From: Candidatus Omnitrophota bacterium
GTDB lineage: Bacteria; Omnitrophota; Gorgyraeia; Zapsychrales; JAHFFX01
Length of the DNA: 34,157 nucleotides
Assembly: GCA_023247755.1 (NCBI GenBank)
Contig: JAHFFX010000003.1
Span: 1 to 34,157, forward strand
Direction: 5' to 3'
A program made the position numbers and the translations under genes. Below the pieces are notes generated by a model that saw only the letters and a program-made list of their open reading frames with translations, did not search any database and was not told where the DNA came from. Of the stretch, positions 26,268 to 34,157 are shown one piece after another. The stretch's first letter is position 1; each line of letters opens with the position of its first letter.

Positions 26268-27770
26268 ATGAACTGGAAAATCACAAAAAACAATAAACCC
26301 ATCGGGATCGCGGACATTCCCCGCGGCAATGTCCAACAGCTGCGCAACGCCCTCATCAACCAATGCCGGCAGGGGAAAAGAGTCGTGTCGTTCTTTGGCC
26401 ACCCGGACCGCAAGGGGATGGTCTTGTTCGCCGTTCTCACCGATGACCAGAACTCCCGATTGCTCGTGGCCTGCGCCGATCTCGGAGCTGAGAGGGCGTA
26501 TCCATCGATCACGCCGGAAGTGCCGGCCTTGCATCTCTTCGAGAGGGAGATCTTCGAGCAATTCGGCATCGAACCGCAGGGGCACCCCTGGCTAAAACCG
26601 GTGCGCTATCCCTTCCGCCGCTTCGATCCCTCTCAGAACATAGGCAACTATCCTTTCTTCCGGATCGAGGGAGAGGACATCCACGAAGTCGGCGTAGGCC
26701 CCATCCACGCCGGGATCATCGAACCCGGCCATTTCCGCTTTCAATGCCGGGGAGAAAAGATCCATCATCTGGAAATCCAGCTGGGATATCAACATCGCGG
26801 CGTCGAGGAGCTGTTCGTGGGACCGATCAATCCCGGCGAACCGCGATTCAAACCACATCTCGCGGAAAGAATCGCGGGGGATTCGGCGGTCGCCCACGCC
26901 ACCGCTTATGCTCAAATCATGGAATCCCTCGCCCGGATCGAAGTGTCCCGCCGCGCCCAGGCCATCCGGGCCATCGCCCTGGAACTGGAGCGAATCGCCG
27001 TCCACGTGGGCGATCTGGGCGCGATCTCCAACGACATCGCCCATCTTCTGGGAAGCGCCGTCTTTGGGGCCATCCGAACGGCGGTCATCAACACCTCACT
27101 GTCCCTCTGCGGCAGCCGCTTCGGCCAGGGATTGATCCGGCCGGGAGGCGTTCTTTACGATCTTGATGATGAATTAAAGGAAAGAATGAAGCGGACCCTC
27201 AACAAAGTGCTCGAGGACGTCATCCGGATGAGCGAATCAATGCTGGCGACCTCCAGCGTCCTATCGCGTCTTGAGAAAACCGGGATCGTTACCAAGCAAC
27301 AGGCCCTGGACATCGGGTTGGTAGGCCCGGTGGCAAGGGCTTCGGGCGTGGCCATGGATACGCGTGCGGACCACCCGTTCGGTAACTACCGTTATTTTCC
27401 GATCCATAAGATCACTATGCCCGGCGGAGATGTTTTCGCCCGGACATTCATGCGTTACGTCGAGATCAAGCAGTCCGTCAATTTTATCCTGGAGCAGTTG
27501 GAACATTTTTCCCGGGAAGGCTCCTTATCGGATCCGGTGGAAAATCTTATGGCGGAGGGCTTCTGCGTGTCAATGGTGGAAGGCTGGCGCGGGGAGATCG
27601 CGCATGTGGTTCTCACCGATATCCAGGGGAATCCGGTCAGATACAAAATCAAGGACCCTTCGTTCAATAATTGGCTGGGACTGGCCATCGCCGTAAGGAA
27701 CAACGGCATTTCGGATTTTCCGTTATGCAACAAGAGTTTCAATCTGTCCTATAGCGGTCACGACCTGTAA
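26268..27770 (+). CDS. Ehr large subunit (NuoC/D-, HycE-like fold) lacking NiFe ligands
   Basis: VGPIHAGIIEPGHFRF, YQHRGVE, EGWRGE, DPSF; L1 site reads ERIAGDS and the C-terminus reads SFNLSYSGHDL. Start ATG 26268. Confidence 0.92.
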   Translation: MNWKITKNNKPIGIADIPRGNVQQLRNALINQCRQGKRVVSFFGHPDRKGMVLFAVLTDDQNSRLLVACADLGAERAYPSITPEVPALHLFEREIFEQFGIEPQGHPWLKPVRYPFRRFDPSQNIGNYPFFRIEGEDIHEVGVGPIHAGIIEPGHFRFQCRGEKIHHLEIQLGYQHRGVEELFVGPINPGEPRFKPHLAERIAGDSAVAHATAYAQIMESLARIEVSRRAQAIRAIALELERIAVHVGDLGAISNDIAHLLGSAVFGAIRTAVINTSLSLCGSRFGQGLIRPGGVLYDLDDELKERMKRTLNKVLEDVIRMSESMLATSSVLSRLEKTGIVTKQQALDIGLVGPVARASGVAMDTRADHPFGNYRYFPIHKITMPGGDVFARTFMRYVEIKQSVNFILEQLEHFSREGSLSDPVENLMAEGFCVSMVEGWRGEIAHVVLTDIQGNPVRYKIKDPSFNNWLGLAIAVRNNGISDFPLCNKSFNLSYSGHDL

Positions 27771-27780
27771 GAGAGGGAGC

Positions 27781-28542
27781 ATGCTCAATCCATTGAAAAT
27801 CCGGTGGCATCAAGGACATCAGACGATTCCCAACGTCCGGACGGCCGCAGTCGATGCCAAGTTCCCAGGGCTTCCCGTCCTCAACGACGACCTCCTTGCG
27901 GAGGATGCGGCAGCGCTTCAGAATCTTTGTCCGACGAAAGCCATTTCGATCGATCCTTTGAGAATCGATCTGGGCAAGTGCATCTTCTGCGGGGATTGTG
28001 AGCGCTTCTGCAAGAACGGGGCCATCCGTTTCTCTAACGAGTACAAGCTGGCTTCGACCTCCCGGCAGCAGCTCATCGTCGATCGCCGCACCAGCGCGGA
28101 CACTTATCGGAAAAGCGCAATTCGCGTGCGCGAGGAAATCAAACGCCTCTTCGGAAAGTCTCTAAAGTTGCGCTCTGTCTCCGCCGGCGGCTGCAACACC
28201 TGCGAAATGGAACTGAACGCTTGCGGCAACGTCAACTTCGACATGGGCCGCTTCGGCATCGAAATCGTGGCATCCCCCCGCCACGCGGACGGGATCGTCA
28301 TCACCGGCCCCATTTCGGAGAATATGGCCCAGCCCCTGGAAGACGCCTACCGTGCCACTCCCGATCCCAAGATCGTGATCCTCGCCGGAAGCTGTGCGAT
28401 CAGCGGCGGGATTTTTGCTCACTCTCCCACGCTTAAGCGGGAATTTCTGCAGAAATATCCCGTGGACCTGTTCGTCCCAGGATGCCCCTTTCATCCGCTC
28501 ACCTTCATCAATGGTGTGCTGGATTTCCTGGGTCGCAAATAA
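27781..28542 (+). CDS. Ehr small subunit: ferredoxin-like domain + NuoB/HycG-like Fe-S domain
   Basis: CPTKAI..CIFCGDCERFC, GGCNTCE, SPRHAD, GSCAISGG, VPGCP; GAGGGAG RBS. Confidence 0.92.
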   Translation: MLNPLKIRWHQGHQTIPNVRTAAVDAKFPGLPVLNDDLLAEDAAALQNLCPTKAISIDPLRIDLGKCIFCGDCERFCKNGAIRFSNEYKLASTSRQQLIVDRRTSADTYRKSAIRVREEIKRLFGKSLKLRSVSAGGCNTCEMELNACGNVNFDMGRFGIEIVASPRHADGIVITGPISENMAQPLEDAYRATPDPKIVILAGSCAISGGIFAHSPTLKREFLQKYPVDLFVPGCPFHPLTFINGVLDFLGRK

Positions 28543-28552
28543 TTCTCTTAGA

Positions 28553-31414
28553 TTATCGGCAGGCGTCGTAGAACGGGCAGGTCGCGCAATAGCGGGGTTC
28601 GCGGTCATCGGGCCGGAAGTGCACCTGGGGGTCGAGGATCTCCGAGAGTATAAAATCGAGCGGACGGGCAAAGGCCTCGCGCACGCCCTGCTGCTCCGCT
28701 CCATTCTCCGACTTGGGAAATTCCTTTAATTCGAGCGTCCGCAGATTATAGAAGGCCGCCTTCAGCGGTTCGCCGGGAAAACGCCGGCTCAGGAAATCGA
28801 AATAAAGCGGCATCTGAAAAGAGATCACCTGCTTCTTAATGTTGTCCCGGCTCAATTCCATGGACCGGATGACCTCGAGCCTCTTGGGCATCGGATCTTC
28901 GGACCCGGCCTTGAAATCGACCAGCAGGACCGTCCCGTCCGCGAGCCGCTCGATGCGGTCGATCTTATAGACCAGCTTTACTGTGACGGAGGAAAAAGAA
29001 ACTTGCTCCGCGTGATCCTGCTCGATCTCCAGGATCTTCTTCACATCGCGCAGTCCCTCGGCCTCCTTCTCTTTATCCAGAAACTGCTGCAGGCGCGTCT
29101 TGAGAACGGCCTTCAAAAGAAAAGCGTCGGATTTCATGCTGCGGCCGAACGTTTCCTCGAACTTCGTCTCGAACGCCTTGAAGAATTGTTTGCGGAAAGC
29201 GGCCGTGATCTTCGGTTGCTTGCCGACGAATTTTCCGAAAGCCTCCTGCAGCAGCTCATGCAGGAACGTCCCCACCTGCCGGTTCTCGGGCTCTTCCAGC
29301 AGGTCTTCCTTCTCTTCCAGTCCCAGGACATATTTGTAATAAAACCGCAGCGGACAACGGAGGTAAGTGTTCAAGCTCGATGCCGAGTAACGGTGTTTCT
29401 TAAGGAACTCGACGACCTCGGGGGTTTTGGGAATGTCGGTGGTCTTCGGCGTCACCCGGACGGTGTACGCGGCCTTCAGGGCCGGGACGGGTTGCGACGA
29501 TCCCTTTTTCTTTTGGGTTCCCCAGATCAGTTCCTCCACAAAACGGCTCTTTTCCCGCTCCGCGCTTTCTTCATACACGAGATGGACGTTCCGGGCGGAA
29601 TGGATCAACCGCAGGAACTGATACCGCTGGATCTCCTCTTCCTGTTCCAGGCGGTCCAGGTTGAGACTGACCATCACTTCCCTGGGGATCAAGGGGTCAT
29701 AGACCCGCAGCCGCGGCAGCACCCCTTCATTGAGCCCGAGCACGATCACGTTCTCGAAATTGAGCGCCCGTGTTTCCAAAAGCCCCAGGATCTGCAGGCC
29801 CCTAAGCGGCGAGCCCAAAAACGAAACCATCTCATGTTCCATCCGGTTGTTGCAGATCTTGAACATCTCCTCCGGAGTGAAGCTTTCCTTATTAAAGGAG
29901 GCCCCGCGGATCTCCTCGAGAAGCGCCATCATCCGTTCGGCGATCTTGAGATTCAACGGGTAGCCGCCCATGAAGCTCTTTTGCAGGAAAAGATCCAGAA
30001 AATCTCCCAGGGCCCCGGCAAAATCCGACAAGCTCGCGATCGATTCCCACGCCGTCAGCAGACGCGCATGGATTTCCTGAAGAATTTCCCGGAGGTCCTC
30101 TCTACGCACGGATAATTCCATGCCTCGCAAGACCCCGACGGTCAAATCATAGAGGTCTTCCAGCTTCTCCAATTCCTTCAGCTCCACGAACAGTTGCCCG
30201 CCCAAGGGGGTCTTCACCGCTCCGGTCAGTACCTCCTCGATCTTGTGGACGAGCACCCGGGTGACCGTGGGGCTCTTTGAAAACCGGAGGTTCTTGACGA
30301 ACGGATGCCGAAGCAGCTTCAAATAATCCTTCGCGTAATAGGACCCGCCCTTGCGGGAAAGCTGGGCCGAGAACACGAACTGCAGAAGCGAATGGAAGGA
30401 ACTCCGCTTGAGGGGATACCCCAAAGAAACGTTGAACTCTTCGATGAGCCCGGAGACCTCCGACAAAAGCGGGATGACGTGCGTGTTGTCCGCAAGGACA
30501 ATGACCGTCCGCTCCAGCCGCTCGCCCTCCGCTAACATCTTTTTAAGGATCTCACGCACCAGACCGACCTGGGAATGCGTATCGAAACCGGAATACAGTT
30601 CGATGCGGGGATCGTTTTCCCCGGACGATTCTCGGGAATCGTCCGGAGCCGTGATCGGCACTCCAAAATCCCTGGCGTTCTTCTTCAGAGCAGGCCACCG
30701 GTCCTCGTCCCCTTGGAAGAAAAGCGCGGCCTTACCCGCATCGAACAGGGCCTTCATCAATTTCTTTTCCGTCGCGTGCAGCGCGAAGAAATGGGCAAAA
30801 TATATTTGGTCGAATTCCGGGAAGTCGGCGGCGGTTACGGCTCGGGAGCCCGTAAGATACGCGTAGCCGCGGGTCGAACGCCCGCTTTGGCGCAGTTCTT
30901 CATGAAAGGCCTCCCGCAGGTCGATGATGTTCTCAAGCAGGCGGTTGACGTCCGGAGGGATCGCGTAGCCGATCTCGGCGTTGAATTGAACGTTGCGCAG
31001 CAGTTCCGAGGGGACATCTTCCAGGTCCAGCTCTTCGATGAAGGCCAGGATCTCCCTGGCCCACGGCAGGAATTCGGCAAAACTGCGGCGCTTCTTGAGG
31101 ATCTGCGGGCAGCGGGTCCGGACGTTGCGAAACAGCAAGTATTGCGCATCAAGGTCCGACAACCGGAGGAAAACCTGCCGTTTGCGCAGAACGTACTCGA
31201 CGAACTCATCGATCGTGAAGAATCTGGGAGGAAAAAAACTTTTTTCCGACCGGCGGGCCAGCTCCCGCTTTAAGAACAGCGCCGGACGGTGGCCTCCGAA
31301 AACGACCGCCAGCCGCCGCAGATCCCCGCCGGGCTCGCGGCCGAAATGTTCGCATTCGTCCGCCAGACGCCCCAGAAAATCGTCTTTGAAACCATAAGTC
31401 ACTAAGCGCTTCAT
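28553..31414 (-). CDS. AddB/RexB-like inactivated helicase + PD-(D/E)XK nuclease
   Basis: 953 aa; GLQILGLLETRAL, NEGVLP, YSASSL..YLRCP, KIDRIE..LVDFK, C-terminal CATCPFYDAC (four Cys of an Fe-S staple). Confidence 0.85.
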   Translation of the reverse strand: MKRLVTYGFKDDFLGRLADECEHFGREPGGDLRRLAVVFGGHRPALFLKRELARRSEKSFFPPRFFTIDEFVEYVLRKRQVFLRLSDLDAQYLLFRNVRTRCPQILKKRRSFAEFLPWAREILAFIEELDLEDVPSELLRNVQFNAEIGYAIPPDVNRLLENIIDLREAFHEELRQSGRSTRGYAYLTGSRAVTAADFPEFDQIYFAHFFALHATEKKLMKALFDAGKAALFFQGDEDRWPALKKNARDFGVPITAPDDSRESSGENDPRIELYSGFDTHSQVGLVREILKKMLAEGERLERTVIVLADNTHVIPLLSEVSGLIEEFNVSLGYPLKRSSFHSLLQFVFSAQLSRKGGSYYAKDYLKLLRHPFVKNLRFSKSPTVTRVLVHKIEEVLTGAVKTPLGGQLFVELKELEKLEDLYDLTVGVLRGMELSVRREDLREILQEIHARLLTAWESIASLSDFAGALGDFLDLFLQKSFMGGYPLNLKIAERMMALLEEIRGASFNKESFTPEEMFKICNNRMEHEMVSFLGSPLRGLQILGLLETRALNFENVIVLGLNEGVLPRLRVYDPLIPREVMVSLNLDRLEQEEEIQRYQFLRLIHSARNVHLVYEESAEREKSRFVEELIWGTQKKKGSSQPVPALKAAYTVRVTPKTTDIPKTPEVVEFLKKHRYSASSLNTYLRCPLRFYYKYVLGLEEKEDLLEEPENRQVGTFLHELLQEAFGKFVGKQPKITAAFRKQFFKAFETKFEETFGRSMKSDAFLLKAVLKTRLQQFLDKEKEAEGLRDVKKILEIEQDHAEQVSFSSVTVKLVYKIDRIERLADGTVLLVDFKAGSEDPMPKRLEVIRSMELSRDNIKKQVISFQMPLYFDFLSRRFPGEPLKAAFYNLRTLELKEFPKSENGAEQQGVREAFARPLDFILSEILDPQVHFRPDDREPRYCATCPFYDACR

Positions 31415-31436
31415 GGGAACATCCGGGAGAGTGCAG

Positions 31437-32297
31437 TTATTTGCCGGGCATTAGTTCGAGCTGCTTGACGAGTTTTTCGAACTCGAACACGAGGGGGTGT
31501 CGCCAGCGTTTTCTGGCGATCTTGAGGACCTCCTTCTTGAACCATAGTTCCTTTTCCTTGCCGGCGGGGAGCCGCTGCCAGACGGCGGAACCTTCCTTCA
31601 AATATTGCCCCAGGATGGAATTGATCAAAGATATCTTTTCGGCCACGGTAATCACGACGGCCTCCACATCGCTGGCCCGCAGCGTCTCGAGGTGCCGGCG
31701 TTTGCGTTCTTCCCAGGCCTCCCCGGAAAGGGCATCCGAATCATCGGTGATCGTCTCCACGAGACTGAGCGCGTCGGGGCCACAGGCCTGTTCGATCTCA
31801 TTGGGACGGCAAGTGGTCTGATTGAGCAACGCGTGGCACAAGGACGCCGCGATGATCTCGTCCTTGAGGCTGAAATCCAGATGGGCCTTGCGCAGGATAT
31901 TGGCCACCTCCAGCGCATGCTCGAGAAAGGAGCGGCCGTTCACCCGCAGGACCTGCTCCTTGTGATAGTTGACGGCCAAGTAAAGCGCATATTCGGTCAT
32001 CGGGTTGAACACGGTGCTCACCCGGAAGATCTCGCGCCCGTCGGGATTGAAGATCAGATACTCGTAACCGCCTTCCGTGGCCTGTTTGAGCCACTCGTTG
32101 TAGGAAAGCTTGACCTTCGTGATGTTGTTGTTCTTCTTGAACTCGTAAATGGCGAACACCAGCAGGTCCGCCAGGTCACTGCCCTCGCGGATGATCACGC
32201 TTTTTTCCTGCGGAAAGCTCTCAAGGTTGGGGTCGATATCCTGCAGATCGACCTGGACCAGGGAATAAGACGCGCCTGTCTCCCGGCTATTTGACAT
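31437..32297 (-). CDS. Protein with an unknown N-terminal domain and a degenerate Mesh1/SAH-like HD domain
   Basis: ALYLAVNYHKEQ..NGRSFLEHALEVANIL..IIAASLCHALLNQT..LVETITDD..WEERKRRHLE; start ATG 32297 overlaps the upstream gene. Confidence 0.75.
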   Translation of the reverse strand: MSNSRETGASYSLVQVDLQDIDPNLESFPQEKSVIIREGSDLADLLVFAIYEFKKNNNITKVKLSYNEWLKQATEGGYEYLIFNPDGREIFRVSTVFNPMTEYALYLAVNYHKEQVLRVNGRSFLEHALEVANILRKAHLDFSLKDEIIAASLCHALLNQTTCRPNEIEQACGPDALSLVETITDDSDALSGEAWEERKRRHLETLRASDVEAVVITVAEKISLINSILGQYLKEGSAVWQRLPAGKEKELWFKKEVLKIARKRWRHPLVFEFEKLVKQLELMPGK

Positions 32298-32604
32298 AAG
32301 AACCCTTTCGCAAGCCATGAACGTGGCTGTTTTTATTCTGAACCGCTTTCTGACGGCGCGCAACGTCCGCCTGTTTTTTCTTTTGCAGTTTCTGCAGCCG
32401 CTTGATCCTTCTTTGCTCCTGCCGCTCCTTTTTAATGGCCGCCGCCTGGACGTCAGATTTCCCCATCGTCGCGATGGAGTCCGTCACCCGGTTGAACAGA
32501 TTGACCTCGTTGAGCTTATCGGCGGTCGTGGGCGGCTCTCCTCCCGCCGAGACCGCTTGCCCCGCCAGCAAGAACACAATGATAAGACCGGTTATTTTCT
32601 TCAC
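32287..32604 (-). CDS. Small exported basic protein, function unknown
   Basis: GTG start after GGGAG; MKK + hydrophobic core + AxA-type signal peptide; K/R-rich helical C-terminus. Confidence 0.7.
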   Translation of the reverse strand: MKKITGLIIVFLLAGQAVSAGGEPPTTADKLNEVNLFNRVTDSIATMGKSDVQAAAIKKERQEQRRIKRLQKLQKKKQADVARRQKAVQNKNSHVHGLRKGSYVK

Positions 32605-32615
32605 TTTTGATCTCC

Positions 32616-34157
32616 CTATGAAGTTGCAAAAGAAAGACCGGGAGAGACCCCCGTCACTTCCTTCACCTGTTTCTGCTGCAGCGCCAGCAAGTACCCTCTG
32701 ACCTTCTTGCCTGGGTACAGTTCTTCGATGAGTTGCATGTAATCCAGGACCTGCCTTTCATATTCTACCAGGGCAGACCGTCCTTCCGCCGTTGCCTGCG
32801 GCAGGCTCAGCTTATAATCGACCACCCAGACCTCGTCGGGTCCCACGATAAGACGATCGACCCGCCGGGTGTGCCCGAAACGGTTGATGATCTCCACTTC
32901 CGTGGCGACCGCCGCCTCCCCGACCGCGAAGAATGGCCGAAAGCTCTCGCACGAGAGGATCTCATCCAGTTGTTTGCGAAAACGTTCCGCGTCGGCCACC
33001 GCAGGAAAGACCTGCGGCAGGGCGGCCAGGCCCTCTGCGATCCGTTGCGCCTGGCCGCCCGGCGCCAGATTTCCCACAAAGGACAACAGAAAATGCAGGA
33101 CCTCGCCTTCCGCGATGAGCTCCCGGCGCTGCAGTGCGGAGACCTGGGAGAACTCGTCCTTAAGGAAAGCGATCCAATCCCGCCCGGAAGAAGCCGGAAT
33201 AGGGAACAGCCGGGTCCCCACTTCCTTTACCGGTGCGAGACAGCTTTTCTTGATGCCCGATTCCAGTTCCTGGGCGATCAAACCCCGGGCCAGGTTCAGA
33301 CTGTTGCCGCAACGTTCCGGGATGAGGACATACAGTTCCTCGCGGGAACGGGTCAACGCCACATAAATGTTGTTGAGCTCTCCGACAAAAGATTTCCGGT
33401 ATTCCCGGTGGTAGATCTCCGCCAGTTCCGCGGAAAAGGCCGCCGGCCTTTTCCGGAGCTGGATCAAACGCAGTTCCCCGGAAGCATGATCGAGCACGCA
33501 GGATTTCTGTCCCTGGCGGACTCCCCGGCCAACCTGGATGTCCATCCCGAGGAACGGGATGAGGACCGCCGGGAACTCCAAACCCTTTGATTTGTGGACG
33601 GTGAGGACCTTGACGGCCTGGTTCTCCGAGATGTTCACATACAGATCTTCGCCGGGCGCTTCCTGCAGATACTCCAGGAACGAAGCGATGTCGGAGACCT
33701 CTTCCTCCCGGTCCTGGATGAGCTGCAGGAACCGCATCAGAAAACCCTGGTATTCCGGGAACCGCTCCAGGCAGTTGAATTTGCCGCAGACACTTACCGT
33801 CATTTCGTAAAGCGGATACAACCCGGCGCTCTTGAAGAATTCCTCGAAATACTCCTCCCAGATCGAAGGATAAACATCGCGGAACAGCTTATAAAGATAA
33901 AGGTCGCGTTCGTTCTCGCGGCGTTGGCGGTAGCTGAAAATGAATTCGCGCAGTTCCTCGGGGGTCAACCCCGCCGCCCGGCCGAAGATCTCGCCCAAGA
34001 GGAACGAAGCGAAGTTCAGATTGTCGATGGGGCTGTCCAGGAACTTGAGGAGCGCCACCAGTTCCTTGACCAAAAAGTTCTCCCGGATATTGGAAGTGCG
34101 CTCCGAATCAACGAGGATACCGGACTCAAGCAGCCAGGACGTGACCAGTTCGACCTC
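32616..34157 (-). CDS. AddA/RecB-like UvrD helicase-nuclease, C-terminal part (5' end outside the window)
   Basis: Frame is open to the window edge (EVELVTSWLLESGILVDSERT..); SF1 motifs LTVHKSKGLEF and YVALTR; nuclease motif RVDRL..VVDYK. Confidence 0.88.
   Translation of the reverse strand, partial: EVELVTSWLLESGILVDSERTSNIRENFLVKELVALLKFLDSPIDNLNFASFLLGEIFGRAAGLTPEELREFIFSYRQRRENERDLYLYKLFRDVYPSIWEEYFEEFFKSAGLYPLYEMTVSVCGKFNCLERFPEYQGFLMRFLQLIQDREEEVSDIASFLEYLQEAPGEDLYVNISENQAVKVLTVHKSKGLEFPAVLIPFLGMDIQVGRGVRQGQKSCVLDHASGELRLIQLRKRPAAFSAELAEIYHREYRKSFVGELNNIYVALTRSREELYVLIPERCGNSLNLARGLIAQELESGIKKSCLAPVKEVGTRLFPIPASSGRDWIAFLKDEFSQVSALQRRELIAEGEVLHFLLSFVGNLAPGGQAQRIAEGLAALPQVFPAVADAERFRKQLDEILSCESFRPFFAVGEAAVATEVEIINRFGHTRRVDRLIVGPDEVWVVDYKLSLPQATAEGRSALVEYERQVLDYMQLIEELYPGKKVRGYLLALQQKQVKEVTGVSPGLSFATS

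Noticed and set aside
26268-27770. Functional [NiFe] hydrogenase (HycE/HyfG)
   Set aside because: Both Ni-binding CxxC motifs are absent.

Overview
GC-rich bacterial chromosomal segment. Gene content (several PilB/MshEN paralogues, a PVC-type coiled-coil/beta-barrel protein) is compatible with Omnitrophota or another PVC lineage, but that is inference only. Almost everything is on the minus strand. In transcription order: addA-like helicase/nuclease (partial), a small secreted protein, a degenerate HD (Mesh1/SAH-like) protein and an addB-like Fe-S nuclease; yggS, four-helix-bundle gene, proC, mtnP, ileS, dksA/traR-like, lspA, lgt, rluD; a hypothetical gene and aroA; mreBCD-mrdA-rodA; then a degenerate GGDEF protein, a stand-alone MshEN protein, pilB and a second pilB-like gene (partial). 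The single plus-strand block (20616-28542) is an HTH-PTS-IIA regulator followed by a six-gene Ehr (energy-converting-hydrogenase-related) complex whose large subunit lacks the NiFe cysteines. The most striking unexplained signal is a set of intergenic elements built from inverted arrays of 7- or 8-bp tandem units. One (19195-19690) brackets a low-GC four-helix-bundle (23S-IVP/bAvd-like) gene. A gene-less inverted copy of it lies on the other side of proC (18315-18388). Two further gene-less elements with different unit sequences sit at 17345-17420 and 7434-7582, the latter interrupted by small REP-like insertions. No rRNA, tRNA, CRISPR array or transposase was seen.
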